Assembly (NCBI GenBank): GCA_044374245.1
Contig: JBILOZ010000001.1
Location: 1 to 54,687, forward strand
Direction: 5' to 3'
Source: Sphingorhabdus sp.
Lineage (GTDB): Bacteria; Pseudomonadota; Alphaproteobacteria; Sphingomonadales; Sphingomonadaceae
Length of the DNA stretch: 54,687 nucleotides
Below the pieces are notes generated by a model. The model saw only the letters and a list, made by a program, of their open reading frames with translations. It searched no databases and had not been told where the DNA came from. Position numbers and translations under genes: made by a program. Below, one piece after another: positions 1 through 12,620 of the stretch (position 1 is its first letter; the number at the start of each line of letters is the position of its first letter).

Positions 1-1394
1 TAAAGGACGGCACCCGCATCGACGGTCGCAGCACCACGCAAATCCGTCCAATCGTTTCGGAAACGCATTTCTTGCCACGCGCACATGGTTCTGCCTTGTT
101 CACACGCGGCGAAACGCAAACCATCGCAACCTGCACCTTGGGCACCAAGGACGCAGAGCAGATGATCGACGGTCTTGGCGGTCTGCATTATGAAAACTTC
201 ATGCTGCATTACAACTTCCCACCCTACAGCGTTGGTGAAGTTGGCCGTTTCGGTGCGCCTGGTCGCCGCGAAGTTGGCCATGGTAAGCTTGCATGGCGTG
301 CGCTGCACCCAGTGCTGCCAACCAAGGACGAGTTCCCGTACACAATCCGTTTGACCAGCGACATCACAGAGTCGAACGGCTCGTCGTCGATGGCATCGGT
401 TTGCGGCGGAAGCCTCGCCATGATGGACGCAGGCGTACCCATCAAGCGTCCGGTTTCGGGTATCGCAATGGGTCTTATCCTTGAAGGTAAGGATTTTGCG
501 ATCCTCTCCGACATCTTGGGTGATGAAGATCATCTGGGTGATATGGATTTCAAGGTTGCTGGTACGTCAGAGGGCATCACCACGATGCAGATGGACATCA
601 AGATTGCCGGTATTACCCGTGAAATCTTCGAAGCTGCATTGAACCAAGCTAAGGAAGGCCGCGCGCATATCCTTGGTGAAATGGCCAAAGCTTTGGGCGA
701 AGCCCGCGGTGAATTGTCGGCGCACGCACCACGCATCGAAACCATGCAGATCGACAAAGCGAAGATCCGCGACATCATCGGTACCGGTGGTAAGGTTATT
801 CGTGAAATCGTCGCCACAACGGGCGCCAAAGTCGACATCGATGATGAAGGTCTTATCAAGATCTCGTCGTCCGACGTTGCCCAGATTGAAGCTGCACGTA
901 AGTGGATTTCCGGCATCGTTGAAGAAGCTGAAGTCGGCAAAATCTATGACGGCAAGGTCGTCAATCTCGTCGATTTCGGTGCGTTCGTAAACTTCATGGG
1001 TGGCAAGGACGGTCTCGTCCACGTCAGTGAAATGCGCAACGAGCGCGTTGAGAAGGTTACCGACGTCGTCAGCGAAGGCATGGACGTTAAGGTCAAGGTT
1101 CTTGAAATCGATCCACGTGGCAAGGTTCGCCTGTCGATGCGCGTCGTAGATCAGGAAACCGGTGAAGAACTGGAAGACACACGCCCGCCACGTGAAAAGA
1201 GCGAGCGCAGCGATCGTGGTCCCCGTCGTGAAGGCGGCGGACGCGGCGAAGGCCGTGGCGATCGCGGACCGCGTCGTGATGGCGGTGGTCGGGGTGAAGG
1301 CCGCGGCGACCGTGGTCCACGCCAAGAGCGTTCAGAAGGCGGAAACAACGGCGGGGGCGATCCCGACCATGTTCCAGCGTTCCTGAAGGACTAA
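1..1394 (+). CDS. pnp: Polyribonucleotide nucleotidyltransferase (PNPase), 5'-truncated by the window edge
   Basis: Frame is open from the window start (KDGTRIDGR...). Second RNase PH domain ([23 protein letters not shown]), KH domain ([12 protein letters not shown]), S1 domain (FGAFVNF...DGLVHVSE) and a low-complexity tail. Confidence 0.97.
   Translation, partial: KDGTRIDGRSTTQIRPIVSETHFLPRAHGSALFTRGETQTIATCTLGTKDAEQMIDGLGGLHYENFMLHYNFPPYSVGEVGRFGAPGRREVGHGKLAWRALHPVLPTKDEFPYTIRLTSDITESNGSSSMASVCGGSLAMMDAGVPIKRPVSGIAMGLILEGKDFAILSDILGDEDHLGDMDFKVAGTSEGITTMQMDIKIAGITREIFEAALNQAKEGRAHILGEMAKALGEARGELSAHAPRIETMQIDKAKIRDIIGTGGKVIREIVATTGAKVDIDDEGLIKISSSDVAQIEAARKWISGIVEEAEVGKIYDGKVVNLVDFGAFVNFMGGKDGLVHVSEMRNERVEKVTDVVSEGMDVKVKVLEIDPRGKVRLSMRVVDQETGEELEDTRPPREKSERSDRGPRREGGGRGEGRGDRGPRRDGGGRGEGRGDRGPRQERSEGGNNGGGDPDHVPAFLKD
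1212..1322 (+). repeat. 48-bp in-frame tandem repeat (about 2.3 copies) encoding DRGPRR(E/D)GGGRGEGRG
   Basis: Units begin at 1212, 1260 and 1308; the peptide repeat is visible in the translation. Confidence 0.85.
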
Positions 1395-1437
1395 GCCCGC
1401 GCGGCACACAGAACATCCTGCAAAAGGATTGGAGAGG

Positions 1438-1466
1438 AAAAGGGGTCGCTGCAGTGGCCCCTTTTT
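1438..1466 (+). terminator. Rho-independent terminator after pnp (possibly bidirectional)
   Basis: AAAAGGGGTCGCTGCAGTGGCCCCTTTTT: GC-rich stem flanked by A and T tracts. Confidence 0.8.
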
Positions 1467-1610
1467 CGTTATGGGCATTGGCCGCCATTAATGCGCAAAG
1501 CCGGTTGCCCCCGAAGCTATCTCGGCTTCAGTTCATGCCCGATACAGCATCTCGCACTAACATGCGCAAAACCCTTGGCGACGGCCCCAAGAGTAACTAA
1601 GGACAATCCC

Positions 1611-2405
1611 ATGAACAGAAAAATCCTTGTGTCCGCTGGCTTGCTGGCTTCGGTTTCCATGCTTTCGGGTTGCGCTATGCTTGGCCTTGGCGGCGGCGGT
1701 GCAAAGCCGGGCAGCAACACCCGTTATGTCGCGCGTGACGTCAACACGTTATATACTGCGGCAAAGGACAAGCTGGATAACAAGCAATATGAAGTTGCTG
1801 CCGCTTTGTTTGACGAAGTCGAACGCCAGCATCCATATTCGCCATGGGCCCGCCGCGCGCAGCTGATGAGCGCATTTAGCTATTACATGGCGCAGAAATA
1901 TAACGAATCGATTCAATCGTCGCGCCGGTTCCTGTCGATCCATCCGGGTAACAAAGATGCGGCTTATGCATATTATCTGATCGCCTTGTCTTATTACGAA
2001 CAGATGAGCGATGTGACCCACGATCAGAAGATTTCGGAGCAGGCATTGGCGGCATTGGGTGAAGTGCAACGTCGCTATCCCAATTCGCGCTATTCAGCTG
2101 ACGCCACGTTGAAAATCGATCTTGTGCGTGACCATTTGGCGGGCAAGGAAATGGAGATTGGCCGTTTCTATCAACGTCGTGCCCTGTGGCTCGCATCCTC
2201 TTTGCGTTTCCGCGAAGTTGTCGACAAGTTTGATACGACAACGCATACGCCAGAGGCTTTGTACCGTTTGACCGAAAGCTATTTGGCGATGGGCGTGCCG
2301 GAAGAGGCGAAGAAAGCAGCGGCTGTGCTTGGTGCCAACTACCCCGGTAGCGAATGGTATCAGCGCGCTTATGACCTGATGCAGAAGAACGCGCCCGCCG
2401 CGTAA
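1611..2405 (+). CDS. bamD: Outer membrane protein assembly factor BamD (lipoprotein)
   Basis: Start moved to ATG 1611 (AAGGA upstream). Lipobox LSGC; motifs FDEVERQHPYSPWARRAQLM and DHLAGKEMEIGRFY; sits upstream of recN. Confidence 0.93.
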   Translation: MNRKILVSAGLLASVSMLSGCAMLGLGGGGAKPGSNTRYVARDVNTLYTAAKDKLDNKQYEVAAALFDEVERQHPYSPWARRAQLMSAFSYYMAQKYNESIQSSRRFLSIHPGNKDAAYAYYLIALSYYEQMSDVTHDQKISEQALAALGEVQRRYPNSRYSADATLKIDLVRDHLAGKEMEIGRFYQRRALWLASSLRFREVVDKFDTTTHTPEALYRLTESYLAMGVPEEAKKAAAVLGANYPGSEWYQRAYDLMQKNAPAA

Positions 2406-2409
2406 TGAC

Positions 2410-4061
2410 ATGCTAACGGGGCTGTCGATCCGCGATGTGGTGCTGATCGAGGCGCTAGACCTTGAATTCGCAAACGGCCTTGGTGTGTTAACCGGGGAGA
2501 CGGGTGCGGGTAAGTCTATCTTGCTGGACGCTCTGGGCCTTGCGCTGGGTGCGCGCGCCGATAGCGGCCTCGTGCGTGCAGGCGCTGATAAGGCGCAAGT
2601 GACGGCAAGCTTTGATGCGCCAGCCAATGTGGTCGCGTTGCTGGGCGAAAATGACATTGAAATCGACGTAGGCGAGCCGCTGCTGATCCGCCGTTCGGTT
2701 AAGGCCGATGGCGGCAGTAAGGCGTTCATAAATGATCAGCCTTGCTCTGCGGCTTTGTTGCGCGATGTCGGGGCATCTTTGGTTGAAATACACGGGCAGC
2801 ATGATGATCGCGGCTTGTTAAACCCGCGCGGGCATCGGGCGCTGCTTGACGCCTTTGGCCGATGCGACACCGCAACAGTCGCGGCCAATTTTACGTCATG
2901 GCATGAGGCGAAAGTCCGGCTTGATATCGCACGCGAAGCTTTGGAAAATGCCGCGCGCGATCAAGAGTGGCTTGAGCATGCGGTGGCGGAACTTGCTGCC
3001 TTTAATCCCCAGCCGGGCGAGGAAGAGGAGCTGGCTGGCGAGCGGTCGGACATGCAAAAGGGCGAGCGCATCGCCGAAGATTTGAAGGCGGTGCTCGAAA
3101 GCTTTGACGGCCCCAAAAGCGGCCTTGCGCTTATCCGGTCTGCGGCACGCAAGCTTGATCGCTTGGCGGATGCCCATCCGTTGCTGGCAGAAGCGCTGAC
3201 ATCGCTTGACCGTGCCGTGATTGAGGCAAGCGAAGCCGAAGACAAGTTAAATGCGGCTGCGCGGGCAATTGAATATGAACCAGCACGCCTCGATGAAATT
3301 GAGGAGCGCCTGTTCGAATTGCGCGCGCTGGCCCGTAAGCACAATGTCGCGCCCGACGGCATCATTGCCCTGCAGGAGCGTCTGACCGCGCAGCTTCAGT
3401 CGATTGAGGCCGGTGGTGAGGGGCTCGCTCTGTTAGAGGCTGAGGTCGCTGCAAAACACGCGGCCTATGTCACATCCGCCACGGCACTGTCGGAAACGCG
3501 GCGTGCGTCAGCAGCGAAGCTGGATGCCGCGGTTAAGGTGGAATTGGCGCCGTTAAAGCTGGATGCTGCGCAATTCCAAACATCTGTCGAGCAGCTTGCC
3601 GAAGACCGCTGGGCCGCGTCGGGCATGGACCGCGTCGAGTTTTTGATTTCGACAAACCCCGGCGCACCATTCGCGCCGCTGGCCAAAATTGCATCAGGTG
3701 GCGAACTGTCGCGCTTCATCCTCGCGCTGAAAGTCGCGTTGGCGGAAGAGGGCGGGGCAGCGACGATTATCTTTGATGAAATCGACCGCGGCGTCGGCGG
3801 TGCTGTGGCGGCGGCCATCGGCGAGCGGCTTGCGCGCTTGGCCCAACATACGCAGCTGCTCGCGGTAACGCATAGTCCGCAGGTCGCGGCAAAAGGCAAG
3901 GCGCATTACTTCATCGCCAAATCCAGCCAAGGGACGGTGACGCGCACGGGCGTAGTCTTGCTGGATCATGACGCGCGCAGCCAAGAAATCGCCCGGATGC
4001 TTTCGGGTGCAGAAGTGACGGACGAAGCGCGCGCGCAAGCAAAGCGTCTTTTGGAGGTTGT

Positions 4062-4065
<4 letters not shown>
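2410..4065 (+). CDS. recN: DNA repair protein RecN
   Basis: LTGETGAGKS Walker A, IHGQHD, ASGGELSR signature, IFDEIDRGVGG, VTHSPQVAA. Confidence 0.96.
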
Positions 4066-6667
<2,602 letters not shown>

Positions 6668-6750
6668 CGGGCGCCTGCAACGTCTTGTGAACTGATGAGA
6701 TCGCTACCAACGCGGTTGATGCAAAACAGTTTCAAGTGTAACTAATTGCC

Positions 6751-7647
6751 ATGGATAGCTCGAGCCATGTTTATGACGCGCCGCCTGCCGGCGCAAATGC
6801 CGATTGGACCGTGCCCCAAAACTGGGACGCCTTTGGCGCTGATGAACATGCGCTGTGGGACCGGCTATTTGCGCGCCAAACCGCGATGTTACCGGGCCGT
6901 GCGGCGGACGCGTTTCTGCGCGGGATCGATGTTCTTAAGCTAACGCGTCCCGGCATTCCCGATTATCGCGAATTGAACGCGCGTTTGATGGCGGCGACCG
7001 GTTGGCAAATCGTTGCCGTGCCGGGCTTGGTTCCCGACGACGTGTTTTTTGACCATCTCGCCAATCGCCGTTTTCCCGCAGGCAATTTTATCCGCACGCC
7101 GGAGCAGCTGGATTATCTGCAAGAGCCCGACATTTTCCATGATGTTTTCGGGCATGTGCCCATGTTGGCCGACCCGGTATTTGCCGATTATATGGTGGCT
7201 TATGGCAAAGGCGGTTTGCGCTCGCGCGGTTTTGGGGCACTTGACCATCTCGCGCGGCTATATTGGTATACGGTGGAGTTCGGCCTTATTCAGCAGGCGG
7301 ATGGCTTGCGGATTTACGGCGCGGGAATTGTTTCAAGCTATGCAGAGAGCATTTTTGCGCTGGAGGACCCAAGTCCCAACCGGATCGCTTTTGACCTGCT
7401 GCGCGTGATGCGCAGCCATTACCGCATTGATGATTTTCAACAGAACTATTTTGTGGTCGCCAGCATGGAACAGTTGCTTCAGGTGACTGTCGAGACCGAT
7501 TTCGCGCCCTTATATCAACGGCTCGAATCCTTGCCCGACATATTGGTTGGCGAAACCATTGCCGAAGATGCCCTTATCACCAAGGGTACGCAGGAATATG
7601 TGAAGGGCGCCAGTCGTTACCAGGTTCCAAAATCACCCGGCGGCTGA
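6751..7647 (+). CDS. phhA: Phenylalanine 4-monooxygenase
   Basis: YLQEPDIFHDVFGHVP iron-ligand motif, LYWYTVEFGL, YGAGIVSS. Confidence 0.93.
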   Translation: MDSSSHVYDAPPAGANADWTVPQNWDAFGADEHALWDRLFARQTAMLPGRAADAFLRGIDVLKLTRPGIPDYRELNARLMAATGWQIVAVPGLVPDDVFFDHLANRRFPAGNFIRTPEQLDYLQEPDIFHDVFGHVPMLADPVFADYMVAYGKGGLRSRGFGALDHLARLYWYTVEFGLIQQADGLRIYGAGIVSSYAESIFALEDPSPNRIAFDLLRVMRSHYRIDDFQQNYFVVASMEQLLQVTVETDFAPLYQRLESLPDILVGETIAEDALITKGTQEYVKGASRYQVPKSPGG

Positions 7648-8591
7648 CTGGTGCGGCCTGAAGCGCGCAGCGGACGTTGCCAGCCATAATTGCGGCGCTT
7701 GACGAGCCACAGGCATGGCCAATCGCCCATATCCTTGCGTTTTTGCAGTCGAAAGCCGTGCAGGCGATATGCCCGCGTGACGGCTTCTGCCTGTGTATTC
7801 AGCAAGCCTGCCAATATCAGCGAGCCACCTTCGCGCAATATGGCCGATAGCGAGGGTGCAAGTTCGATTAACGGGCCCGCCAAAATATTGGCGATCACCA
7901 AGTCATAAGGTGCGCGGGCGGTGATGAGGTCGTGCGCTGTCCCTGCGGCGACACACAGCGCCAACTGACCCTGCGCGACGCCACATGGGACGTTGTTGAC
8001 CACGGCATTGGCCGCAGTGACATCAATGCTGACCGGGTCGATATCCGATGCCGTCAAATACGCCTTCGGCCACAACACATGCGCGGCAAATGCGAGCAGG
8101 CCAGTGCCGGTCCCGATGTCGGCAATAAGGTCAAAGCGTTTGCCGGCACGTTTCATTCGGTCGAGCATATCAAGACAGCCGCTGGTCGTTTCATGTCCGC
8201 CCGTGCCAAAGGCGCGGCTAGCCTCGATCTGGAATGGGGTTGCGCCGTCGGGCACTGTGCCTTTGTTGGCCATTGTGTGGACATAGAAGCGCCCGGCATG
8301 CACTGGCTGAAGCCCTTGCTGGCTCATGACGACCCAGTCGGCATCGGGAAGTTTTTCAACCACCGCCTTTGCGTCGGCCGCACTGGGCAAGCGGATTTGG
8401 ATGGCGGCGATCACCTGAGCATTTGGTTTTTCGTTAAAATAAGCTTCAAGCCGCCATTTCTCGTCGTTGAAGGCTTCGACCTCGTCCGCAACGATGGTCG
8501 GCATGGGTTCCAATGCGGCCAGCCACTCATCGTCATGGTGCAGTTCTTCCGCTTCGTTGCGGGTGCAGGGCAGGGTAACCTTCCAGCTCAT
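7617..8591 (-). CDS. prmA: 50S ribosomal protein L11 methyltransferase
   Basis: AFGTGGHETT, DIGTGTGLLA SAM motif, ANILAGPL. Confidence 0.9.
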   Translation of the reverse strand: MSWKVTLPCTRNEAEELHHDDEWLAALEPMPTIVADEVEAFNDEKWRLEAYFNEKPNAQVIAAIQIRLPSAADAKAVVEKLPDADWVVMSQQGLQPVHAGRFYVHTMANKGTVPDGATPFQIEASRAFGTGGHETTSGCLDMLDRMKRAGKRFDLIADIGTGTGLLAFAAHVLWPKAYLTASDIDPVSIDVTAANAVVNNVPCGVAQGQLALCVAAGTAHDLITARAPYDLVIANILAGPLIELAPSLSAILREGGSLILAGLLNTQAEAVTRAYRLHGFRLQKRKDMGDWPCLWLVKRRNYGWQRPLRASGRTSQPPGDFGTW

Positions 8592-9475
8592 TGTGCTGCT
8601 TCTTTTGCTAACCGGGCGTCGAGCCGCTCCATGGCTGCTTTCGCATAATTTGCACAGCCTGCAGGGTCGGCCAGAGGTTCCTTGCCCGAAACGCGCTCAA
8701 AGAAACGCGATTGCGCGGGGTGTGGGGCAATCAGGACGTCGCATGGGCTTAGCTCAGAAACGCGTTTCATGGTCGCCCTTAACACCGCCACATATTCTGG
8801 GTGGTCGGTAAATCGGTACGCATCAGCCGAGACGGCGCCCAGGCTGTCGGCGAAAACAAACTGGTGACAGGTCGCGCCTTCGCATGATTTCCAGGTCCAG
8901 CTCGTTCCACCCGGGGCGTGGCCGGGCGTGGCGACGGCCGTCATTTTTATCGGGCCAAGGGTGATGGTTTCACCGTCGCGGACGATCTGGTCGACCTTTA
9001 TGCCGGCGAAAGGCGGCAATATATCCAATTGCGGGTCTGTGGGGTCCGAAATACCGGTCTCCAGACTTTTGCGCGCTTCTGCCCGTGCCAACATGCGGGC
9101 ACCGGTAATGCTCTTCAGCGCTGCAAGTCCGCCAACATGATCATAATGTTCATGACTGCTGACCAGATATTTCACATCGGTCGGTTGGAAACCAAGCCTA
9201 CGGATATTGTCGGCAATGAACGGCGCCGCTTCGGCGGTCGCACCGTCGATGAGGATATGACCTTTGGGTGACGTGACGAGCAATGACACGATGCCGCATG
9301 TGCCCACCATATACACATTGGCGAATATATGTGCAGGCGGGGCAGGGTCGCTCCAGCCGTCACGGCCTTGGCACTGTGACGCGAGTGTGGTTCCACTGCT
9401 CATGGTTTTGACCGCTGGCACCGGTGCGCAGGCCGTTAGGGCCAATGCCAATAGGGCGCCCAGCTTAGCGTACAT
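8588..9475 (-). CDS. Subclass B3 metallo-beta-lactamase (lipoprotein signal)
   Basis: HEHYDH zinc motif, NVYMVGTCG, TPGHAPGG, C-terminal APHP, paired Cys, lipobox LTAC. Start at 9475 or 9487. Confidence 0.85.
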   Translation of the reverse strand: MYAKLGALLALALTACAPVPAVKTMSSGTTLASQCQGRDGWSDPAPPAHIFANVYMVGTCGIVSLLVTSPKGHILIDGATAEAAPFIADNIRRLGFQPTDVKYLVSSHEHYDHVGGLAALKSITGARMLARAEARKSLETGISDPTDPQLDILPPFAGIKVDQIVRDGETITLGPIKMTAVATPGHAPGGTSWTWKSCEGATCHQFVFADSLGAVSADAYRFTDHPEYVAVLRATMKRVSELSPCDVLIAPHPAQSRFFERVSGKEPLADPAGCANYAKAAMERLDARLAKEAAQ

Positions 9476-10157
9476 AGCTCGCGCCATTTATATCCAATAC
9501 CGCACCCGTCATCGAAGGCGGCGCATCCAGTGCACAGAATTTCACCATAGCCGCGACTTCGTCGGGATCAGCGACCTTCCCAAGCGGAATATCGGCGAGC
9601 AGCTTATCGCCGCCACGGCTTGCGAGATAATCGTCCGCCATGCCGGTCATGGTAAATCCGGGGCATATGGCAAAGGCATAGATTTTTTGGGCCGCGTAAG
9701 CGCGGGCAATCGTCTTGGTCATGGCGACCATGCCAGCCTTTGATGCCGCATAATGCCAATGGGCCGGGCTATCCCCGCGATGCGCGGCGCGGCTGGCGAT
9801 GTTGACGATCCTGCCACTCGCGTTCGATTCCTGCCAATGCAGGACAGCGCGGCGGCACAAGTCCGCACTGGCCGTCAGGTTGATCTGCATGGTCCGGTTC
9901 CAATACGCGAACCATTGCTCGTCCGAGGCCGAAATCGGGTTTTGCTCAAATATCCCGGCATTGTTGATCAATACATCCACACGGCCGTCAAGGCGATCAA
10001 GCGCATGGTTCCAAAGCCGTTGTGGCGTTGCGGGATCGCTTAGATCGCCATCTGTGCTGGACAGCGCCAGCACGGAAGTCGTTGCGGGGTCAAAGCTGGC
10101 GGCGGCAGCAGCGCCGATGCCGCGTGATGCGCCGGTGATAAGGATATGGGTTTTCAT
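9465..10157 (-). CDS. SDR family oxidoreductase
   Basis: TGASRGIG, NNAG and YAASK motifs. Confidence 0.9.
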   Translation of the reverse strand: MKTHILITGASRGIGAAAAASFDPATTSVLALSSTDGDLSDPATPQRLWNHALDRLDGRVDVLINNAGIFEQNPISASDEQWFAYWNRTMQINLTASADLCRRAVLHWQESNASGRIVNIASRAAHRGDSPAHWHYAASKAGMVAMTKTIARAYAAQKIYAFAICPGFTMTGMADDYLASRGGDKLLADIPLGKVADPDEVAAMVKFCALDAPPSMTGAVLDINGASYVR

Positions 10158-10198
10158 CCGCGCTGCTTTTCACAGCGCCGACAAAATTTCAACCGAAG

Positions 10199-11539
10199 TT
10201 ATCGGATGAGGTTTCCAACAAAGCGCGTGGCATTGGCTTGAAGCGATGAGATTTTCTCATTTACTTCGCTAAATCCGCCTTCAAGCTGCATGATTTCCGA
10301 CACCACATTTTCCGTATCGCTGCGGATGGCGGAGATGGTGTTCGACATTAAATCGGCGGCCAAAGCGGTTTCATCAACTGACGCAGTAATCATCGTCACC
10401 GTTTGTGCTTGGTCCTCCATCGCCCGCCGGATGCGTTCGGCAGACATGCGCACTTCGTCAACGGTTTCGCGGATGGATGCGTTTGATTCAACCGACGCCT
10501 TTGTCGCACTTTGAATGGATGAAATCTTCTGCGCAATTTCGTCCGTTGCCTGCGCTGTTTGATTTGCGAGGCTTTTGACTTCCTGCGCGACCACGGCAAA
10601 ACCACGGCCCGCATCGCCTGCGCGTGCAGCTTCGATCGTGGCGTTCAACGCAAGTAAGTTGGTTTGCCCCGCGATCTCGCGGATAAGGCCCAATATAGAT
10701 TCGATAGATTGGGATTGTTCGGACAGCGTGTCGGTCGCCACTGCACCCTTTGTTGCCACGGCGGCGGCTCGGTTTGCAACGTCGGCTGCGGTCTCCACTT
10801 CTGTCCGCGCATCTTCAATAGCGCGGATGAGGCCTGCGGCAGTTTGGGCTGCTTCGCGCATGGCGACTGCAGATTGTTCAGACGCTGCAGCAACTTCCGA
10901 CGCCTTGGACAGCATGCCGTTCGCCATTTGCGAGCTGCTCGCGGCTTGTTGGCGCAATACGGCTGTGCGGTCAGCAACCTCATGTGCAGCAATGCCAATG
11001 TCGGATTCAAACTGCGCCGACTGTTCCCGCCGGCGTGTCGCGTTCTGATTGGCGCTATATGACGTATAGCACATCGCCATGATCGACAGTTCCAGACCGG
11101 TCGCGGTCAGAACCGCAGCTGCAAGATCCTGATAGTCTTGCTGTTCGACGCCATATACTTCACCGAGCATCTTGAGTGTGAAGGCGTTGACGCGCGTCGA
11201 CGCTGCATTGACGTTCTCAAGCGGGATGCCGCGCTGGCACGAATCCATGATTTGACGGGTTAGAAACTTTGACCATTCAGCGCCTTCGATATCGCTAAGG
11301 CGCTTCTCAATAAAGGCCGCTGTTTTGAGCCGGGCTTTTTCAACATTTTCGGAATCCTGCATTTCGGGAAACTTGCCCATGCGGGTCCAATAATCCCAAT
11401 AATAGCTGCTAATATCGTATAGTCGGTCTTTCAAAAGCTCACCGACCTTGCGGCAGCGGGGCGCAAAGTTTTTGTCTTCGGCAAACACATCAATAATCGC
11501 CTGGACGTCCGATTGTTCAATGTCCCGTTTCTCTGCCAT
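10199..11539 (-). CDS. Soluble methyl-accepting chemotaxis protein with a globin-sized N-terminal domain
   Basis: [37 protein letters not shown] signalling tip; no transmembrane segment visible. Confidence 0.9.
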   Translation of the reverse strand: MAEKRDIEQSDVQAIIDVFAEDKNFAPRCRKVGELLKDRLYDISSYYWDYWTRMGKFPEMQDSENVEKARLKTAAFIEKRLSDIEGAEWSKFLTRQIMDSCQRGIPLENVNAASTRVNAFTLKMLGEVYGVEQQDYQDLAAAVLTATGLELSIMAMCYTSYSANQNATRRREQSAQFESDIGIAAHEVADRTAVLRQQAASSSQMANGMLSKASEVAAASEQSAVAMREAAQTAAGLIRAIEDARTEVETAADVANRAAAVATKGAVATDTLSEQSQSIESILGLIREIAGQTNLLALNATIEAARAGDAGRGFAVVAQEVKSLANQTAQATDEIAQKISSIQSATKASVESNASIRETVDEVRMSAERIRRAMEDQAQTVTMITASVDETALAADLMSNTISAIRSDTENVVSEIMQLEGGFSEVNEKISSLQANATRFVGNLIR

Positions 11540-11601
11540 TGTTGCGTTCCTGTGTCATGGTCTTCCGCAATGCGGACCGATTTTCCATGTTTAAGCGGTA
11601 A

Positions 11602-11609
11602 ATGGTTAA
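11602..11609 (-). promoter_or_regulatory. Candidate CtrA site (TTAACCAT) upstream of the MCP gene
   Basis: ATGGTTAA on the + strand; a second TTAA at 11591. Confidence 0.4.
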
Positions 11610-11787
11610 TAGGCGGTTATTGCCCGAACGCCTTCGATGCTCTGGCTCCGATTTGTGCGAACTTGTGATTGAACAAATCCATCATCTCAATGCGCGATTC
11701 TGACGGCGGAGGCCTTGCGCCACGCCATTAAACGATTAAAGAGCGACGCTTAATATAGGCCGCGCTTAAATGAAGGACGCTGAAATC

Positions 11788-12228
11788 ATGGCGAAAAACC
11801 CGAACCGCCCGTTATCACCGCATTTGCAGGTGTATCGCTGGTCACCGCAGATGGCGATTTCGATTTTCCACCGCGCAACAGGATTCATTCTCGCGACGGT
11901 CGGTATGATCACTTTACTGTGGTGGTTGTCCGCAATTGGCGGTGGCGCGGAAAGCTATGCGACTTTTCAAAAATATGTTGTCTCCGCAGGCGAAAGCGCA
12001 ACTGGTTTTGAAGCTGCGGTCAACTGGTTCTTCCGGCTTTTGGGTCTGGCTGTGACCTTCAGCTTTTTCCAGCATCTTGCCTCGGGCATTCGCCACCTTG
12101 TTTTGGATATTGGCGCTGGTTACGAATTGAAGACGAACCGTACCTGGGCTTCGGCTGCATTCATTGCGGCCTTTTTTGCAACTGCATTCGTTGTCCTGTT
12201 TGTGGCATCGCGCTTTCTGGGAGTTTGA
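11788..12228 (+). CDS. sdhC: Succinate dehydrogenase cytochrome b556 subunit
   Basis: RPLSPHLQVYR, SIFHRATG, GIRHL; AAGGA RBS before ATG 11788. Confidence 0.94.
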   Translation: MAKNPNRPLSPHLQVYRWSPQMAISIFHRATGFILATVGMITLLWWLSAIGGGAESYATFQKYVVSAGESATGFEAAVNWFFRLLGLAVTFSFFQHLASGIRHLVLDIGAGYELKTNRTWASAAFIAAFFATAFVVLFVASRFLGV

Positions 12229-12620
12229 TGATGGACAGTAGAACATATATCGGACGCGTGCGCGGGCTGGGTTCAGCAAAGCATGGCGGCGAACATTGGT
12301 TGAAACAGCGGCTGACTGCGATTGGCAACATTTTGCTGACCACGTGGCTCGTTGTCTCGCTGCTTCTTATGCCGAATTTTGATCAAGCAACCTTGGCGCA
12401 ATGGCTGGCTCAGCCAACGGTTGCGGTTCCGATGATATTGATGATCGTTAACATTTTTTCGCACGCGCGCCTTGGTCTTCAGGTTTTGATCGAAGATTAT
12501 GTGCATGACGAAGGATTGAAGTTTGGCGCAATGGCGCTTCTCAACTTCTATGTCGTCGCCAGCGCCGTGTTTGGCATTTTCGTCGTAGCAAAATTAGCAT
12601 TTACCGGAGCATCCGCCTGA
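12228..12620 (+). CDS. sdhD: Succinate dehydrogenase hydrophobic anchor subunit
   Basis: [32 protein letters not shown]. Confidence 0.94.
   Translation: MMDSRTYIGRVRGLGSAKHGGEHWLKQRLTAIGNILLTTWLVVSLLLMPNFDQATLAQWLAQPTVAVPMILMIVNIFSHARLGLQVLIEDYVHDEGLKFGAMALLNFYVVASAVFGIFVVAKLAFTGASA

Noticed and set aside
1212-1322. CRISPR-like repeat
   Set aside because: It is an in-frame coding tandem repeat with no spacers and no cas genes.
7617-7647. Convergent 3' overlaps (phhA/prmA, and also 18666-18698, 30301-30304, 38606-38609)
   Set aside because: Short tail-to-tail overlaps are ordinary in compact genomes.
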